A stretch of DNA of 64,000 bases, taken from positions 434,001 through 498,000 of the forward strand of contig MCFH01000005.1 of the NCBI GenBank assembly GCA_002104945.1, given 5' to 3'. Both the position numbers and the translations under genes were made by a program. The stretch is from Piromyces finnis finn (Eukaryota > Fungi > Neocallimastigomycota). Under the pieces are notes generated by a model. That model saw only the letters and a program-made list of their open reading frames with translations. It was not told the origin of the DNA and ran no database searches. Each line of letters begins with the position of its first letter. The stretch's first letter is position 1. Shown piece after piece: positions 26,301 through 37,143 of this stretch.

Positions 26301-27854
26301 TTCATCTGTAGAAACATTAGGATCGTTGAATTTTGCTGAAAGTATTTGGAATTTATTATGACTGAGAATAGATTCCTTTTCCTCAATACATTTTAATCTA
26401 TTCCATTTCAGAATTTTCTTAGGAACATTAAAGTCATTAGAAAAATCTTCCATAGGAATAATTTTACCATTAATAAGAAGTGGCTTATGGTCTGATACAG
26501 GATAAAAATTATTTATAAATGATCCTGAGTGAATAAGATCTTTCATCTTCGAATTGATAAGAGCATGGTCAATGTCGGAAGATTGATCACCTCGAGTCCA
26601 AGAGATAGTAGACCCTCTAAGCGGAAGAATTTCCCAATCTCCTAATCCATTAGTTGATAACCAGTTGGATAATTTTACTTTAGACATATTAAAATCACCA
26701 ACAAGAATCGATGGATGGGATGAATGAGTTTGTAACCACAAGCGAACTTCTAACTTTGCATGATCAACATAGATGTTGTGATGACTATGAGGCATATAAA
26801 CATTTCCAATCGAGCATTTGAATCTATTCCAGAGACTAAAAGTATAAATAGAAATAATATACTTTCCAGAGAAGTTTTCAAGTGAGGCTTGACACGAATT
26901 GTGAAAACCTAAATATAAACCTCTCATTCCCGGAACTGATTCGTCAGCTTTCTTGAAAAAGTGTCTATAGTTTCGCAAAGTAACACGACAAGGATAATCT
27001 GTATTCGATCCAGAACCATTACCAGTTTCTTGGAAACATAAGAATAATGGTTTGAAAATAGCTGTGAAATAGCTAATACTATCTCTCTTTTCATGATTCC
27101 ACCCATTGGTGTTCCAACTAAGACAAAAAGAAAAGTTATCAGGCTTGTTGGATGAGGAAGAATCGTTGCTATTATTATTATTATTAAAGTCATCGTTATT
27201 AATGGATGATGCATCAGAGGAATAAGTAGAACTATTACTAGATGGCTGTGAAACTGAAGAACTATCAACTATTGAACTGTTATCAGAGTTGATAGAACTA
27301 TTAGAATTAATTGTTGAATGTTGAGATTGAAATTGTGTTTGCTGTAGATCTGGAATATTTTCATGATGGGAAACTTGTTGAAGATCCTGTTGAAGATCTT
27401 GTTGAAGATCGGATTGTTGATGAGATTGTTGAACTGATTGTTGAACTGATTGTTGAAATGATTGTTGAATAGAATGTTGATGTTTATTAGAAACTAAAAT
27501 TTTACGTTTGAGAGTGGAAAAAGTGTATTTGTGATTCCTTCTACTACGAGCTGAAAAGGAAATTGAGGTAACTGAAAGTTTCTTCTTTAACATGTGTAAG
27601 ATTTTAATACAATCTTTTGATGAACCATGAACCTTGACTAAGAAAAAGTGATCATTGAAAGTTTGAAAATATTTAACACTAATAACTGAATTAAATTTAT
27701 CTTCTAGAATAACCTCGAGTTTTTCCCATAGCATATTTACTGACCATGATCGAATACCACGGATAAAGAAGGAGCGAATATCATCTAAGGGGATACCATA
27801 AGACCGGGTACCACGTCTGATATAATTCTTATCTTTAATATAAAGGACTGACAT
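23319..27854 (-). CDS. LINE polyprotein, 1511 aa: N-terminal domain, Q/S/N-rich linker, AP endonuclease, reverse transcriptase, CCHC-type zinc knuckle, Asn-rich tract
   Basis: APE motifs SWNTNG, FQET, GDFN, SDIDH, SDHKP. RT motifs GPDGIP, NYRGISL, QFGFR, DLRKAYDSV, RQGCPLSP, LFADD, YLGV. Knuckle CPCC..HWLLDC. The ORF is uninterrupted. Confidence 0.97.
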   Translation of the reverse strand: MSVLYIKDKNYIRRGTRSYGIPLDDIRSFFIRGIRSWSVNMLWEKLEVILEDKFNSVISVKYFQTFNDHFFLVKVHGSSKDCIKILHMLKKKLSVTSISFSARSRRNHKYTFSTLKRKILVSNKHQHSIQQSFQQSVQQSVQQSHQQSDLQQDLQQDLQQVSHHENIPDLQQTQFQSQHSTINSNSSINSDNSSIVDSSSVSQPSSNSSTYSSDASSINNDDFNNNNNSNDSSSSNKPDNFSFCLSWNTNGWNHEKRDSISYFTAIFKPLFLCFQETGNGSGSNTDYPCRVTLRNYRHFFKKADESVPGMRGLYLGFHNSCQASLENFSGKYIISIYTFSLWNRFKCSIGNVYMPHSHHNIYVDHAKLEVRLWLQTHSSHPSILVGDFNMSKVKLSNWLSTNGLGDWEILPLRGSTISWTRGDQSSDIDHALINSKMKDLIHSGSFINNFYPVSDHKPLLINGKIIPMEDFSNDFNVPKKILKWNRLKCIEEKESILSHNKFQILSAKFNDPNVSTDELSKEFTSTAFSIADELSITSANNVIKSSFHISQQIFNLQKIKMKLYKRFKKERIYDIDEFIKRIKIYRKLIDYIHKRCNEFRKQEYLHWIKTECEYMKSHNPKKAWKWIKKTAKIGKDSFFIAQPIKNKNGELVVATEEQLEVWHDHFEKLASDPSGVSLDLEHWYEEPTNKRFSLPMLDEWDINQDISIDEVKSAILSTPNYKASGPDGIPIEFYKALIPSSNDSNNVTDNNSSGNTTSDNDAYGLNFILKLFNRIWDGDFPNSWNESSIVSIPKKGDLTDCDNYRGISLINNGIKLISKIVTTRISEYGLKNNFIRPEQFGFRKKEESISLFISIQEICRRRQLDNKETYLAFLDLRKAYDSVPIGNILHKLDCLGIRGKSLQFIKNLYLTSKANVKLDGQFSKSFDVKKGVRQGCPLSPILFNLFINDIFKECEDLGVSLGDTRCCGGLFADDIVICAPTRGCLKKMLRRVNEWALYNEMEFGIQKCSTMVIRPESIENQNKRDPTFYLAGKPIPTTDCYTYLGVPFDKNLSLKPVIKTLNNKVLKGLFSVSKFLRNPNIPIPFKKLVLNSQVISRVSYFAPLLGSNKARSRIAQKHVNKGIRWVTGVHKAVSFISLYSISKDLNIPPLSAKCALAQVRCFNKWKNSNCIISHLVNYIPKFRKYTWCKSSRTLDKKLKKHGDIKAVKNFYWKDLKGNSIKAQYYDDNKFIETKDFIKLCYEYPEFASGFYWLLKARSGYKLDARVAKAAKFVDPVCPNYCPCCKCGVQSIKHWLLDCPTFRDIRIKHYDSIVQLLNFFSQRNSNSPINNNEIDNISRDSNNINSNSNNSSNNNSNSNNSNSNNSNNNNNRNNNISNDSNSEDNNSNLDSNLVNNSNSSNNLVNINVYNYSSVCSKIFKFLLGGRNFNNINYNSREWKELCKHQIQSGTNEGTPFLKVTAELLTKIMPFAIGQQWSMFKRFEATSKSVNAEETVRHVRRASATNGDHNFVP

Positions 27855-28050
27855 GATAATAAATTCTAATTAAAAAATATTGAATATAAAATAAATACTA
27901 ATAAAAATTACAAATATAACGTATATGGAAAAAAATCTGTCTCTCTCTCTCTTCTTAAAAGTACTGGATAGTACAAAAATTGTTACGATGCTTTGTTTAA
28001 AGTTTCTTTTTTTTTTTTTGAATTCTAGTTGTAAATTTTCTTTAAAAATT

Positions 28051-28391
28051 CTAGTTTTGGTTTGTTGTTAGTAAATTCGATTCGCTTTTTGACACTAAAC
28101 TTGTTTGACTTTACTTTTCATTAAATATTTAAATTGGTAAAAAATTTGAATCAAGAATGTCGACACCAGAAAGCTTGTGAATAGTATTTTTACATGATGT
28201 AGAGTGAATCAGTCTCTTACAAGAAACAATACAACAATAGCTACATGAATATAAAAGTACAATGCAAATGCTAAAGTTGACTACATTGGATTCTTACAAG
28301 AGAAGAGTAGTACTACATGAATACATGAATAAAAGAAAAAATACAGCAACAAAATGTATTACTCTTCTAATTAAATACTATACAAACTTAC
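28051..28391 (-). other. Putative spliceosomal intron in the family-A LINE 5' UTR
   Basis: Sense-strand donor CAG/GTAAGT starts at 28391, branch point TACTAAC is at 28073-28067, and acceptor TAG ends at 28051. The same signals occur in A2, A3 and A4. Confidence 0.55.
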
Positions 28392-28504
28392 CTGAAAAAT
28401 CAAACATTCACTTATTCATCAAATACTTAAATTTGATGAATAAAATGTTTTTTAATCGCTCAGTACCATGAGCTTAGTCCTAATAATTTTCCCTTGAAGA
28501 CTAA

Positions 28505-28750
28505 CCAAGCATCCATTGCGCAATGCTTGGATTTAATTCTTTCTACTCTCTCAGTACCATGAGCATGAGTAGACCCCCTTGAGAAATTACATTTATTAAA
28601 TAAATGAAGGCACATTCCTAAGAGGGCACCAAGCATCCATTGCGCAATACTTGGATTTAATTCTTTCTACTCTCTCAGTACCATGAGCATGAGTAGACCC
28701 CCTTGAGAAACTACATTTATTAAATAAATGAAGGCACGTTCCCAAGAGGG
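28505..28750 (-). repeat. Two 124-bp tandem 5' monomers of LINE A1
   Basis: Units start ccaagcatccattgcgcaat at 28505 and 28629. Confidence 0.95.
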
Positions 28751-29358
28751 TTCACAAGAGGGTAATATAAAAAAAAACTCTCATTTCGGGAACTGATTCA
28801 TCAGCTTTCTTGAAAAAGAGTCACGTTCCCAAGGGGATCCTTTTACTCAAACGGGTTTTTAAATAATTTTTCATCAAAAAAAAAAAAAAAATAAATAAAT
28901 TACATACATTTGAAAAATAAATTTAATCAAACACAAATTAAATATATTGAAATATTATACTATAGTAATTTTATACTATTTTCCATTATACATAATTAAA
29001 TAATGAAAAAATATTAATATCTTTTTTACATATTTAAATTACTATATTATAACACTGAAAAGCTAATAATAAAACAAATTTTAATATTTTATTTTTAATA
29101 TACTTTTATTTTTTAATTTATATTTATTTATTTGTTTTTTATTATTTCATTTCATATTTATGATTTATTCTTATGAATTTTTATTTTTTTTAAAATTAAA
29201 CTCTAATACCAATAACAAAAACCTTTTTTTAATTTTTTATTTTATTCAATTATTATTTATTTTTCTTTTGAATGTCTTTTATAGTAATTATTACTTTTTA
29301 ATTAACTTTTAATTTATTTTATAAAATTTTATTTATATAAAGTCTCATATTAAATAAC

Positions 29359-30822
29359 TTAGAGTGGTGGGTTAGCGTTCTTAAGACCTTCTTCGAAGAA
29401 GGCTTGGAACCATTGACCGGCTTCTGGAGCTGGCTTCATGGCGGTTCTGTGACCACAGTAACCATCGTAACGCTTAGCACTTTCATCAGAAGTACCATCA
29501 GATTCACCGTATGGCTTAACCCAGTAGAAAGCATCAAGGTAATCCATACCAGCAATTGGACTGGCTTGTGGACGAGCACCAATACCAGATCCCATTTGGT
29601 TACACCATTCTCCTGGGTGGAAACGGTCGTTCTTAACACCATTACGAGAAGTATCTTCAATGAAGTAGACAGACTTGATACCAGCAGACTTGAAGTCCTT
29701 GTACATGGCTTCAATGTATCTCTTTTCATCTGGGCAAGAGTTCCATTCAGTTTCTGGACCACGAGAAAGTTCTGGGTCTTCCCATGGAGTGTAGTTAGCA
29801 ACGTTGGAAGCGAAACCACGAACTTGACCTGGAGAACCAGAGGAAATAACCTTAGAGTAAACCTTACCGGCCTTTTCACGGTTGTCATCCCAACCTAACC
29901 AGAAAGCGTGACCAATATCAAGGTACATAGAAACGTGTGGAAGAACACCGAACTTCTTAATTAAGTAAGCGTGACCATCGTAGTAGTACTTTTCAGACTT
30001 AGCACAAGCTGGAGTAGATTCAATGTTGGTAACCATGTTAGCAAGGGAATCTGGTTCAATAATAAGGACAACTGGTTGAGAAATGTAAGTCTTTAACTTT
30101 TCTTCAATGACATCAATGTATTCAGACTTGTAACGAGCGGCATCAGCATCGTTGGCAAGAAGTTCACCATTGGAAGCAAGAGCGTGACAATCACGACCTG
30201 GTAAATCGTAAACAACAAAGACAGTTAAGACAGTTTGACCAGTGGCGTTTTGTTCAGCAAGAGCAGACTTAAGGTTTCTTTCTAACCAGTTTTGCATGTT
30301 TTCAATGTTATCTAACCAGATAGCGTTAGAGTATTCCTTCATCTTTTCAGCCTTAGCAATAAGGGAAGAGTTACTCATTTGAGCAATAGCAGCATCAACT
30401 TCAGCAGTGTAGTATGGGTTGATGAAGAATTTGTGACCCTTGAATGGGTTACCACTGTGAGTGTATTGGGAACCAATGCTTGGGTTAGAATCATCGTAAT
30501 TGCTATTTCCACCAGTAACAATACCACACCAGTCACCGTTTTCAACACCCCACTTACCATCACTATCAGTGTAAATAGCTTGAGTAGTGGAAGTACAACA
30601 GTTGTAACCTAAAGCCTTAGCCCAGCAAGAAGCAGAGTTAGTAGCGGCTGGAATACCACACCAGTTACCGTTTTCAATACCCCACTTACCATCAGCGTCA
30701 GTGTATTCAACCTTAGCGCTAGAAGAAGAACAGCATGGGTAACCTAAGTTTTGGGACCAGCAAGCAGCAGAAGCCTTAGCGGCAAGAGCAGCAGCAGCAG
30801 TTAAAGCAATAGAGGCCTTCAT
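29359..30822 (-). CDS. Second dockerin(x2)-GH6 cellulase, intronless, 487 aa, near-identical to 7485-8975
   Basis: Same motifs as the first copy. It differs mainly in the signal peptide and a 9-aa shorter Ser/Asn linker. Confidence 0.97.
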   Translation of the reverse strand: MKASIALTAAAALAAKASAACWSQNLGYPCCSSSSAKVEYTDADGKWGIENGNWCGIPAATNSASCWAKALGYNCCTSTTQAIYTDSDGKWGVENGDWCGIVTGGNSNYDDSNPSIGSQYTHSGNPFKGHKFFINPYYTAEVDAAIAQMSNSSLIAKAEKMKEYSNAIWLDNIENMQNWLERNLKSALAEQNATGQTVLTVFVVYDLPGRDCHALASNGELLANDADAARYKSEYIDVIEEKLKTYISQPVVLIIEPDSLANMVTNIESTPACAKSEKYYYDGHAYLIKKFGVLPHVSMYLDIGHAFWLGWDDNREKAGKVYSKVISSGSPGQVRGFASNVANYTPWEDPELSRGPETEWNSCPDEKRYIEAMYKDFKSAGIKSVYFIEDTSRNGVKNDRFHPGEWCNQMGSGIGARPQASPIAGMDYLDAFYWVKPYGESDGTSDESAKRYDGYCGHRTAMKPAPEAGQWFQAFFEEGLKNANPPL

Positions 30823-33215
30823 TTTATAAATTTTATTATATAAAATATTAACTTTTTTTAAGTTTTTGTTATGTGACTTGCACTATTTATTAATTTATTT
30901 TCTTCCAGAGAAAAATAAAATTAAAATTGAATAATGAAAAAAAATAAAACGAGAAAAAATTCTTTCTTTTATAAAAACTTTTTTAATATAAATTAATTGT
31001 GACATAGAGGATTATCCCTTTTCTTAAAATTAAAATTTTAAGTTTTATGTTCGAATTTTAATTAAAAAAAATTAATTTCATATTATAATTGAGAAATATT
31101 TAAAATCCAGTCCAGTAATATTTAATTTTGGAATGTCGATCAGTTCCTTTCAATTCCTTTTTTTTTTTTTTTTTTACTATTTTTTATCTAATAAAGTTTA
31201 TTTAAAAAATAATAAAATATTTTCAAAAAAATAAATAAATAAATAAGGATTAAATAATTTTAATATATAATAAAAAAATAGAAAATTAAAATTAATATTA
31301 TAATATATTAGTACTTTTAAGAAGTAATTAATTAATTTTAAAATATTCCTATTAAAAGCAAGAAAAGCAATCTTAGGACAAAAAAAAATTTATTTGTCCT
31401 AAAGTGAGATGTGTGATTTAGAGACATATAATAACCTGGAAAGACAAAAAGTATTATAAACATAATAAAAAAGGATATAAAAGGTATATTTTTTAATTTA
31501 TTCACCCATTTTTTTCAATATGTATATTAAAATCTATTATATCATATAAAAATCAATTTTTTATTATTAGTGATAATATTAATATTTTAGTCTTAATTAG
31601 TAATATAAAAGTAGTCATAATTATTAATATTTGAAATAAATTAATTCTATTATTCTTCAATACATATTTTGTATATATAATATACTTTTGGCTTTTAATA
31701 ATAAAAAATTAAATTATTACTATTATATTAAATTTTTAGAAAATTTTTTTAAAATTATATATATGGAATATGAAATAATAACAATTTCTATTTTTCTCCA
31801 TTGTTACAATTTTAATAAAAATATTTTTTTTATTGTTAAAAGATTATAGGTATAATGGTATTGATATAAATAAGAAATTATATATTATAATATATTAATT
31901 TCTTTATATTTATGAATATGAAATATATTTAATATTTTAATTTTAGATGTAACAATAATAAAAATATATTGTAATTGTTATTTTATTATATAAAATAATG
32001 AATATAAAAAAATATATTGTGGAAAAGAAAAATTACAGATTAATTTAATTTATTTTATATATAATAAAGTTACATATAGAAAAAATACAAATTTCTATAT
32101 ATGTAAATTGTCTAATATTTTTTAATATATATATATATCAGAATATATTATTTTATAAATGAAAATTGAAAAAAAAAAAATAATACAAAAATGATATTTT
32201 TACAATTTATTTAATATTGTCAATAATAATATATCATAAATATTCTATAGTTTTATAATTTAATAATACATAAAATCATATTTCACATGTTTTATATATT
32301 TTGTAAAATGAAAAAAAAGGATAAAAATATATATTTATATAATTAATAATGTTATATAATATAAAATATTTTTCTTTAAAATATTATAATCCGAATTAGT
32401 TATATTCTATTATTGAAATATTGTGTTACTATAAATTAAAAAAAAAAAAAAAGTATTAATGCAACAATAGCAATAGAAAATTTAAAAGTCTTTATTAATA
32501 AAAGTCTAATAAATAATAAAAATTATAATAGGCGGGAATCAACCTCATATGAATCATAATTTATTAATTCTAAATTTACATATTTGTTTTATCAAAACAT
32601 CTTATGACTTTCATAAGTGAATTAAAAAACTCTAATATATACACGTGATCGTATTTTGACTTATAGTTGTTAATTTTTTTGGATAATATAAATTAGTTTT
32701 CCATATAATGTATTATTAATTAGCCCATTATCATTATTATTATAAGCAAAAAAGAAATATTCATTTATATTTAATTATTATCTTTTTGTTTTGTTTTTAT
32801 ATACATAGAATTTTAAAATTATATCTTCATTATATATTAAAATATATACCATGTGAGCTTCTATGTCAATGTTTATTTTTATGTAAAATGAATTAAACTT
32901 AAAATGACATATATTTTTATAAAAAACTTAATTTATCACATTCTAATATTATTTTCATAGTAGATATTTTTATATATTTTACTTTTTTCCTAAATATCAA
33001 AACAACTAAAATTTATTATAACAATAAACTTTTAATAATAAATATTTTTTAGTTTGCTTATATCATTGAGGCTTATTTAATAATTAATTGTCCAATTATC
33101 ACACTATATGTATTTTACATTTCCATTTTACCATCTACATAAGCTTACATTGATTTACATTAATTATACATTTTTTTCATATAGAGATTTCATAATTGAA
33201 ATTAAAATTATATTC

Positions 33216-33840
33216 TTTTTTTATGGCAGCTATTTTAAAATATTTATTATAACAAAAAACTATAATACATCTATTTAAAAATAAATTTATAAATTAAAAA
33301 AAAATAAAATAAAATAATTAAACAACACAAATGAATAAAAAATGGATGTAATATATTCTAGTAATTCCATAAATTAAATTTTAATATAGGAAAGAAAGTC
33401 ACTATTATACATGAGTATAATAATTATGTTTTGACATCCAATGGGACTCAGCCTCACAAATTTTGGTGGACAAAATTATTATCTATTAGTTGTGTATTGA
33501 TTTAATATTTTTCTATTGTTTCTTTAATATTGGTGCTCTTAATTGTTTTAACCCTTTTAAGCATTGATTTTTGCTTCCCAATAGCATAAGGCATTATTAT
33601 GGTTAGATTCATATGTACTTTGTTTAGTTTGACAACTTAAAAGACCTCACCATTTTCTTATTGTATCATTATTTTTAAAACTTCTTCTCCCAATCAGGAA
33701 TTTAAATATTTTTTATATAGGTAATATATATTAATGTCCATAGAATTATTAAAACTATCATTAACTAAACTATTTAAACTATAGGAATTGTTTAAATTTA
33801 AAGAATTAGAATAATCATCTTTATTATTGCTATTATTATT

Positions 33841-33882
<42 letters not shown>

Positions 33883-34158
33883 GATAAGAATATTTAAATG
33901 CTTTCTTACAAGATAAATGAATAATTGTTGGACAAAGCAATCGTAATATTTATTACCGATATAATTAAATTTTGGTTAATGTTGAATATTTTAATTATCC
34001 TTCTTGCAACATAGACAAATTGGATCAATTAATTTCGTGTCTTTAGCAACTTTTATATCTAATTTGTATCTATTTTCTTGTTTATATAGTTAGTGGTAAG
34101 CATAGAAAAACTCAAGATCCTCATAACAAAATTTAATGAAATCTTTAGTTTCTAAATT
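33216..34158 (-). mobile_element. Old diverged 5'-truncated family-A-like LINE remnant
   Basis: ttttttatggcagctatttt 3' end, cacaaatgaataaaa..ccaatggga 3' UTR, (ATT)n Asn tract at about 33830-33880, and a match to the region upstream of the knuckle at about 34030-34158. Confidence 0.8.
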
Positions 34159-34472
34159 GTAAAATAAATTTAATAAATAATTTTAATGATAATATATAAT
34201 ATTAACAAAGAGAAAAAGTTATATTGAAAATATTACAATTATATAATGATATGAGACATTAAATCATATAAAATATGTAAAAATTATGTTTACAACACTT
34301 TAAATAAATGTTTATGTTTATATGTTTTTTTCAAGTTAGTCACTTGTACACATAAAATATATATTAAATAAATGATATTTAAGATTTAATTTTTCACAAA
34401 TATAAAAAAATATAATTTTTTAATCATAACACATAACCCATAGAAATATTTTATAAATAGAATAGTTTGTAT

Positions 34473-34505
<33 letters not shown>

Positions 34506-37143
34506 AGAAAACGGTTTTAAAATCATTATGTCTTTTCAATATATTTAAATAAATAAAAGGGATTACGTTTAGTGTGATAGATTTGTATAATAAAGAGTTT
34601 TACTAAAAGCATATTAAATAAGATAAAATAGTAAAATTTTATTTTTCTAAAAATTGAAAGGTTAACTTTTCTATATAACTGATTTTTTTATTGATTGTTT
34701 TCTGATTCCTATATCTGATATTAAACCACAATGGTTAATACCAATTTTAAAAGAGTTATAAAATATATTTAATATTTTTTTCTAATAATAAAATGTCCAT
34801 TACTAATTTTTCCCTTACATCAATACCACATTTTGTAAATTTAAAAAGTAATTAATAAATTATGAAACTATGTACAAGAAATTTTTTTTATTTAATGTAT
34901 ATAATAAAAAATGAGTAATTTAAAATTAAATAAATAATAACGATATAATATATTATAGTAATTATATTTTTTTAGATAAACAAAAAAAAGTATATGGGTC
35001 GAAAAAAATAACATATATAAATTAGTTTTTGAGCTTCTGCCCTTGATAAATTTTTATGATATAAATTAATTAATTACTGTATTCTTTATTATTATAAAAA
35101 ACAAAAATATTCTGTTAAATTATTAGAAAAAGTATAATATGAAATTTTATTTATCACATTTTTAGAAATAATTTTAAGAATAAATTTTATGAGTGATATT
35201 CTATTATAGTAATTAAAATCTTAAATATTACATTTTTTTTGAGATTGAAATAATAGAAGCGAAGTTTCAAAGGAAAAAAACTAAATACTTATATAAAACA
35301 TATTTTTGCTAAATTAAAAATTAAAAAAAAAAACTTTACGTCTTATAATAATTAAAGTATATTAATTATATTTAATAAAAATTGCTTATTAATAAATGAA
35401 CTATCTCTATTTCATAAATAACTTAATATTCACTCACATTTTATTGATACAATAAAATATTAACTAATAATTAAAAATTATTCAAAAAATATACATGGTA
35501 TATTATTATGGTAAATAAATACATATTTATTTAAAAATATGTTAATTTAAATAATATTTTATAATTTATTACATTAAAAAAAATAAAAAAAAGTTTTAAA
35601 ATATTTAATAATAATCATTAAGAAATTATATATAATGTTTTAACTATAAAAAAAAAGTTTCTTTATCTAATACGATTTAAATATATAAATTTATCTATAT
35701 GTATTTTTTATTTGTACATTTATTTTATATTTATAATAACATTCACATTATTAAATATTTAAATATTTATTATATTTATTAAATTTAATTTACCTAGTAC
35801 TATATATTTTATTAACCTTTTCTACATTTGTCCCTGTTATGTATCTCGCATTATATGATAAAATAGACAATTTACTTGGACCTCTATATTTTATTTCTTT
35901 CAAAATCTTTAGTGATTTCTTTTTTAAAGCTCATGCTAAAATTTATTTTTATTGGGGTTTTTCTTGAATCATATTACCATTAGCGCTTTTATTATCACTT
36001 TTATTATTATTTTCTTTCTTTTTTTTATTATCATAATCTAATAAATTTTAATAATTCTTTAAATAATGTGTCACTATTATAAATATATTCATCTAATACT
36101 TTAATTTCACCTTTATTGCATCAATAAAATTCAAAAGAATTGTTTCTGACTTTTGACACAATACATGATAGACCAGTATTTATTCATAATAATTTAAAAT
36201 TTTAATATAATATATATATATATTGCATCTTTTGCAACTCTAGCATCCAACTTGTATCCGCTTCTTGCTTTCAATAGCCAGTAGAAACCAGAGGCAAACT
36301 CTGGGTATTCATAACATAATTTAATAAAATCTTTAGTTTCAATAAATTTATTATCATCATAATATTGCGCTTTGATTGAATTCCCTTTGAGATCTTTCCA
36401 ATAAAAGTTTTTAACTGCTTTAATATCTCCATGTTTCTTTAGTTTTTTATCAAGTGTCCTACTTGATTTGCACCACGTGTATTTTCTAAATTTAGGAATG
36501 TAATTGACAAGGTGTGAGATAATACAATTTGAGTTTTTCCATTTGTTAAAACATCTAACCTGAGCTAACGCACATTTGGCTGACAATGGAGGAATATTCA
36601 AATCTTTTGAGATAGAGTATAAAGATATAAACGATACAGCTTTATGAACTCCGGTAACCCATCGTATTCCTTTGTTAACATGTTTCTGAGCAATCCTAGA
36701 CCTAGCTTTGTTGGATCCAAGTAATGGTGCAAAGTATGAAACTCTGCTAATCACTTGTGAGTTAAGTACTAACTTTTTGAAGGGAATAGGAATATTAGGA
36801 TTTCTTAAGAATTTACTGACTTAAAAAAGTCCTTTCAAAACTTTGTTATTAAGAGTTTTAATAACTGGTTTAAGGGACAGATTCTTATCAAATGGAACAC
36901 CAAGATAAGTATAACAATCAGTAGTTGGAATGGGTTTTCCTGCTAAGTAAAATGTTGGATCTCTCTTGTTCTGATTTTCTATTGATTCAGGACGAATCAC
37001 CATCGTTGAACATTTCTGGATACCAAATTCCATTTCATTATACAAAGCCCATTCATTAACTCTTCTAAGCATCTTTTTTAAGCATCCTCTTGTTGGAGCA
37101 CAAATAACTATATCATCTGCAAAAAGTCCACCACAGCATCGAG

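Larger units (their letters stand above)
23065..28836 (-). mobile_element. Full-length family-A LINE (A1): 27-nt poly(A), single long ORF, about 1-kb 5' region with tandem repeats
   Basis: T run at 23065-23091 followed by aacggcatc, ORF 23319-27854, repeats at 28505-28750. The 5' boundary is approximate. Confidence 0.96.

Noticed and set aside
28262-28471. Antisense 69-aa ORF in the family-A 5' UTR (ORF0-like), repeated at 40995 and 48539
   Set aside because: Conservation is explained by copy identity. The A3 copy has an extra A that frameshifts it, and no motif is recognisable.
28505-28750. Monomer series as a CRISPR-like array
   Set aside because: Eukaryotic context, no unique spacers and no cas genes; the units are tandem LINE 5' repeats.
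28778-28818. Hammerhead-like core CUGAUGA-N10-GAAA on the sense strand at the A1 5' junction
   Set aside because: The intervening 10 nt cannot form stem II (no closing G-C pair), no stems I or III were found, and the sequence is explained as a copy of the EN-coding region.
34476-34600. 30-nt T run as the tail of another retro-insertion
   Set aside because: The adjacent sequence matches no element here and the candidate TSD is imperfect; homopolymers are common in this genome.
35820-36190. Short coding-like patch left of A2
   Set aside because: No sustained frame, consistent splice pattern or recognisable motif.
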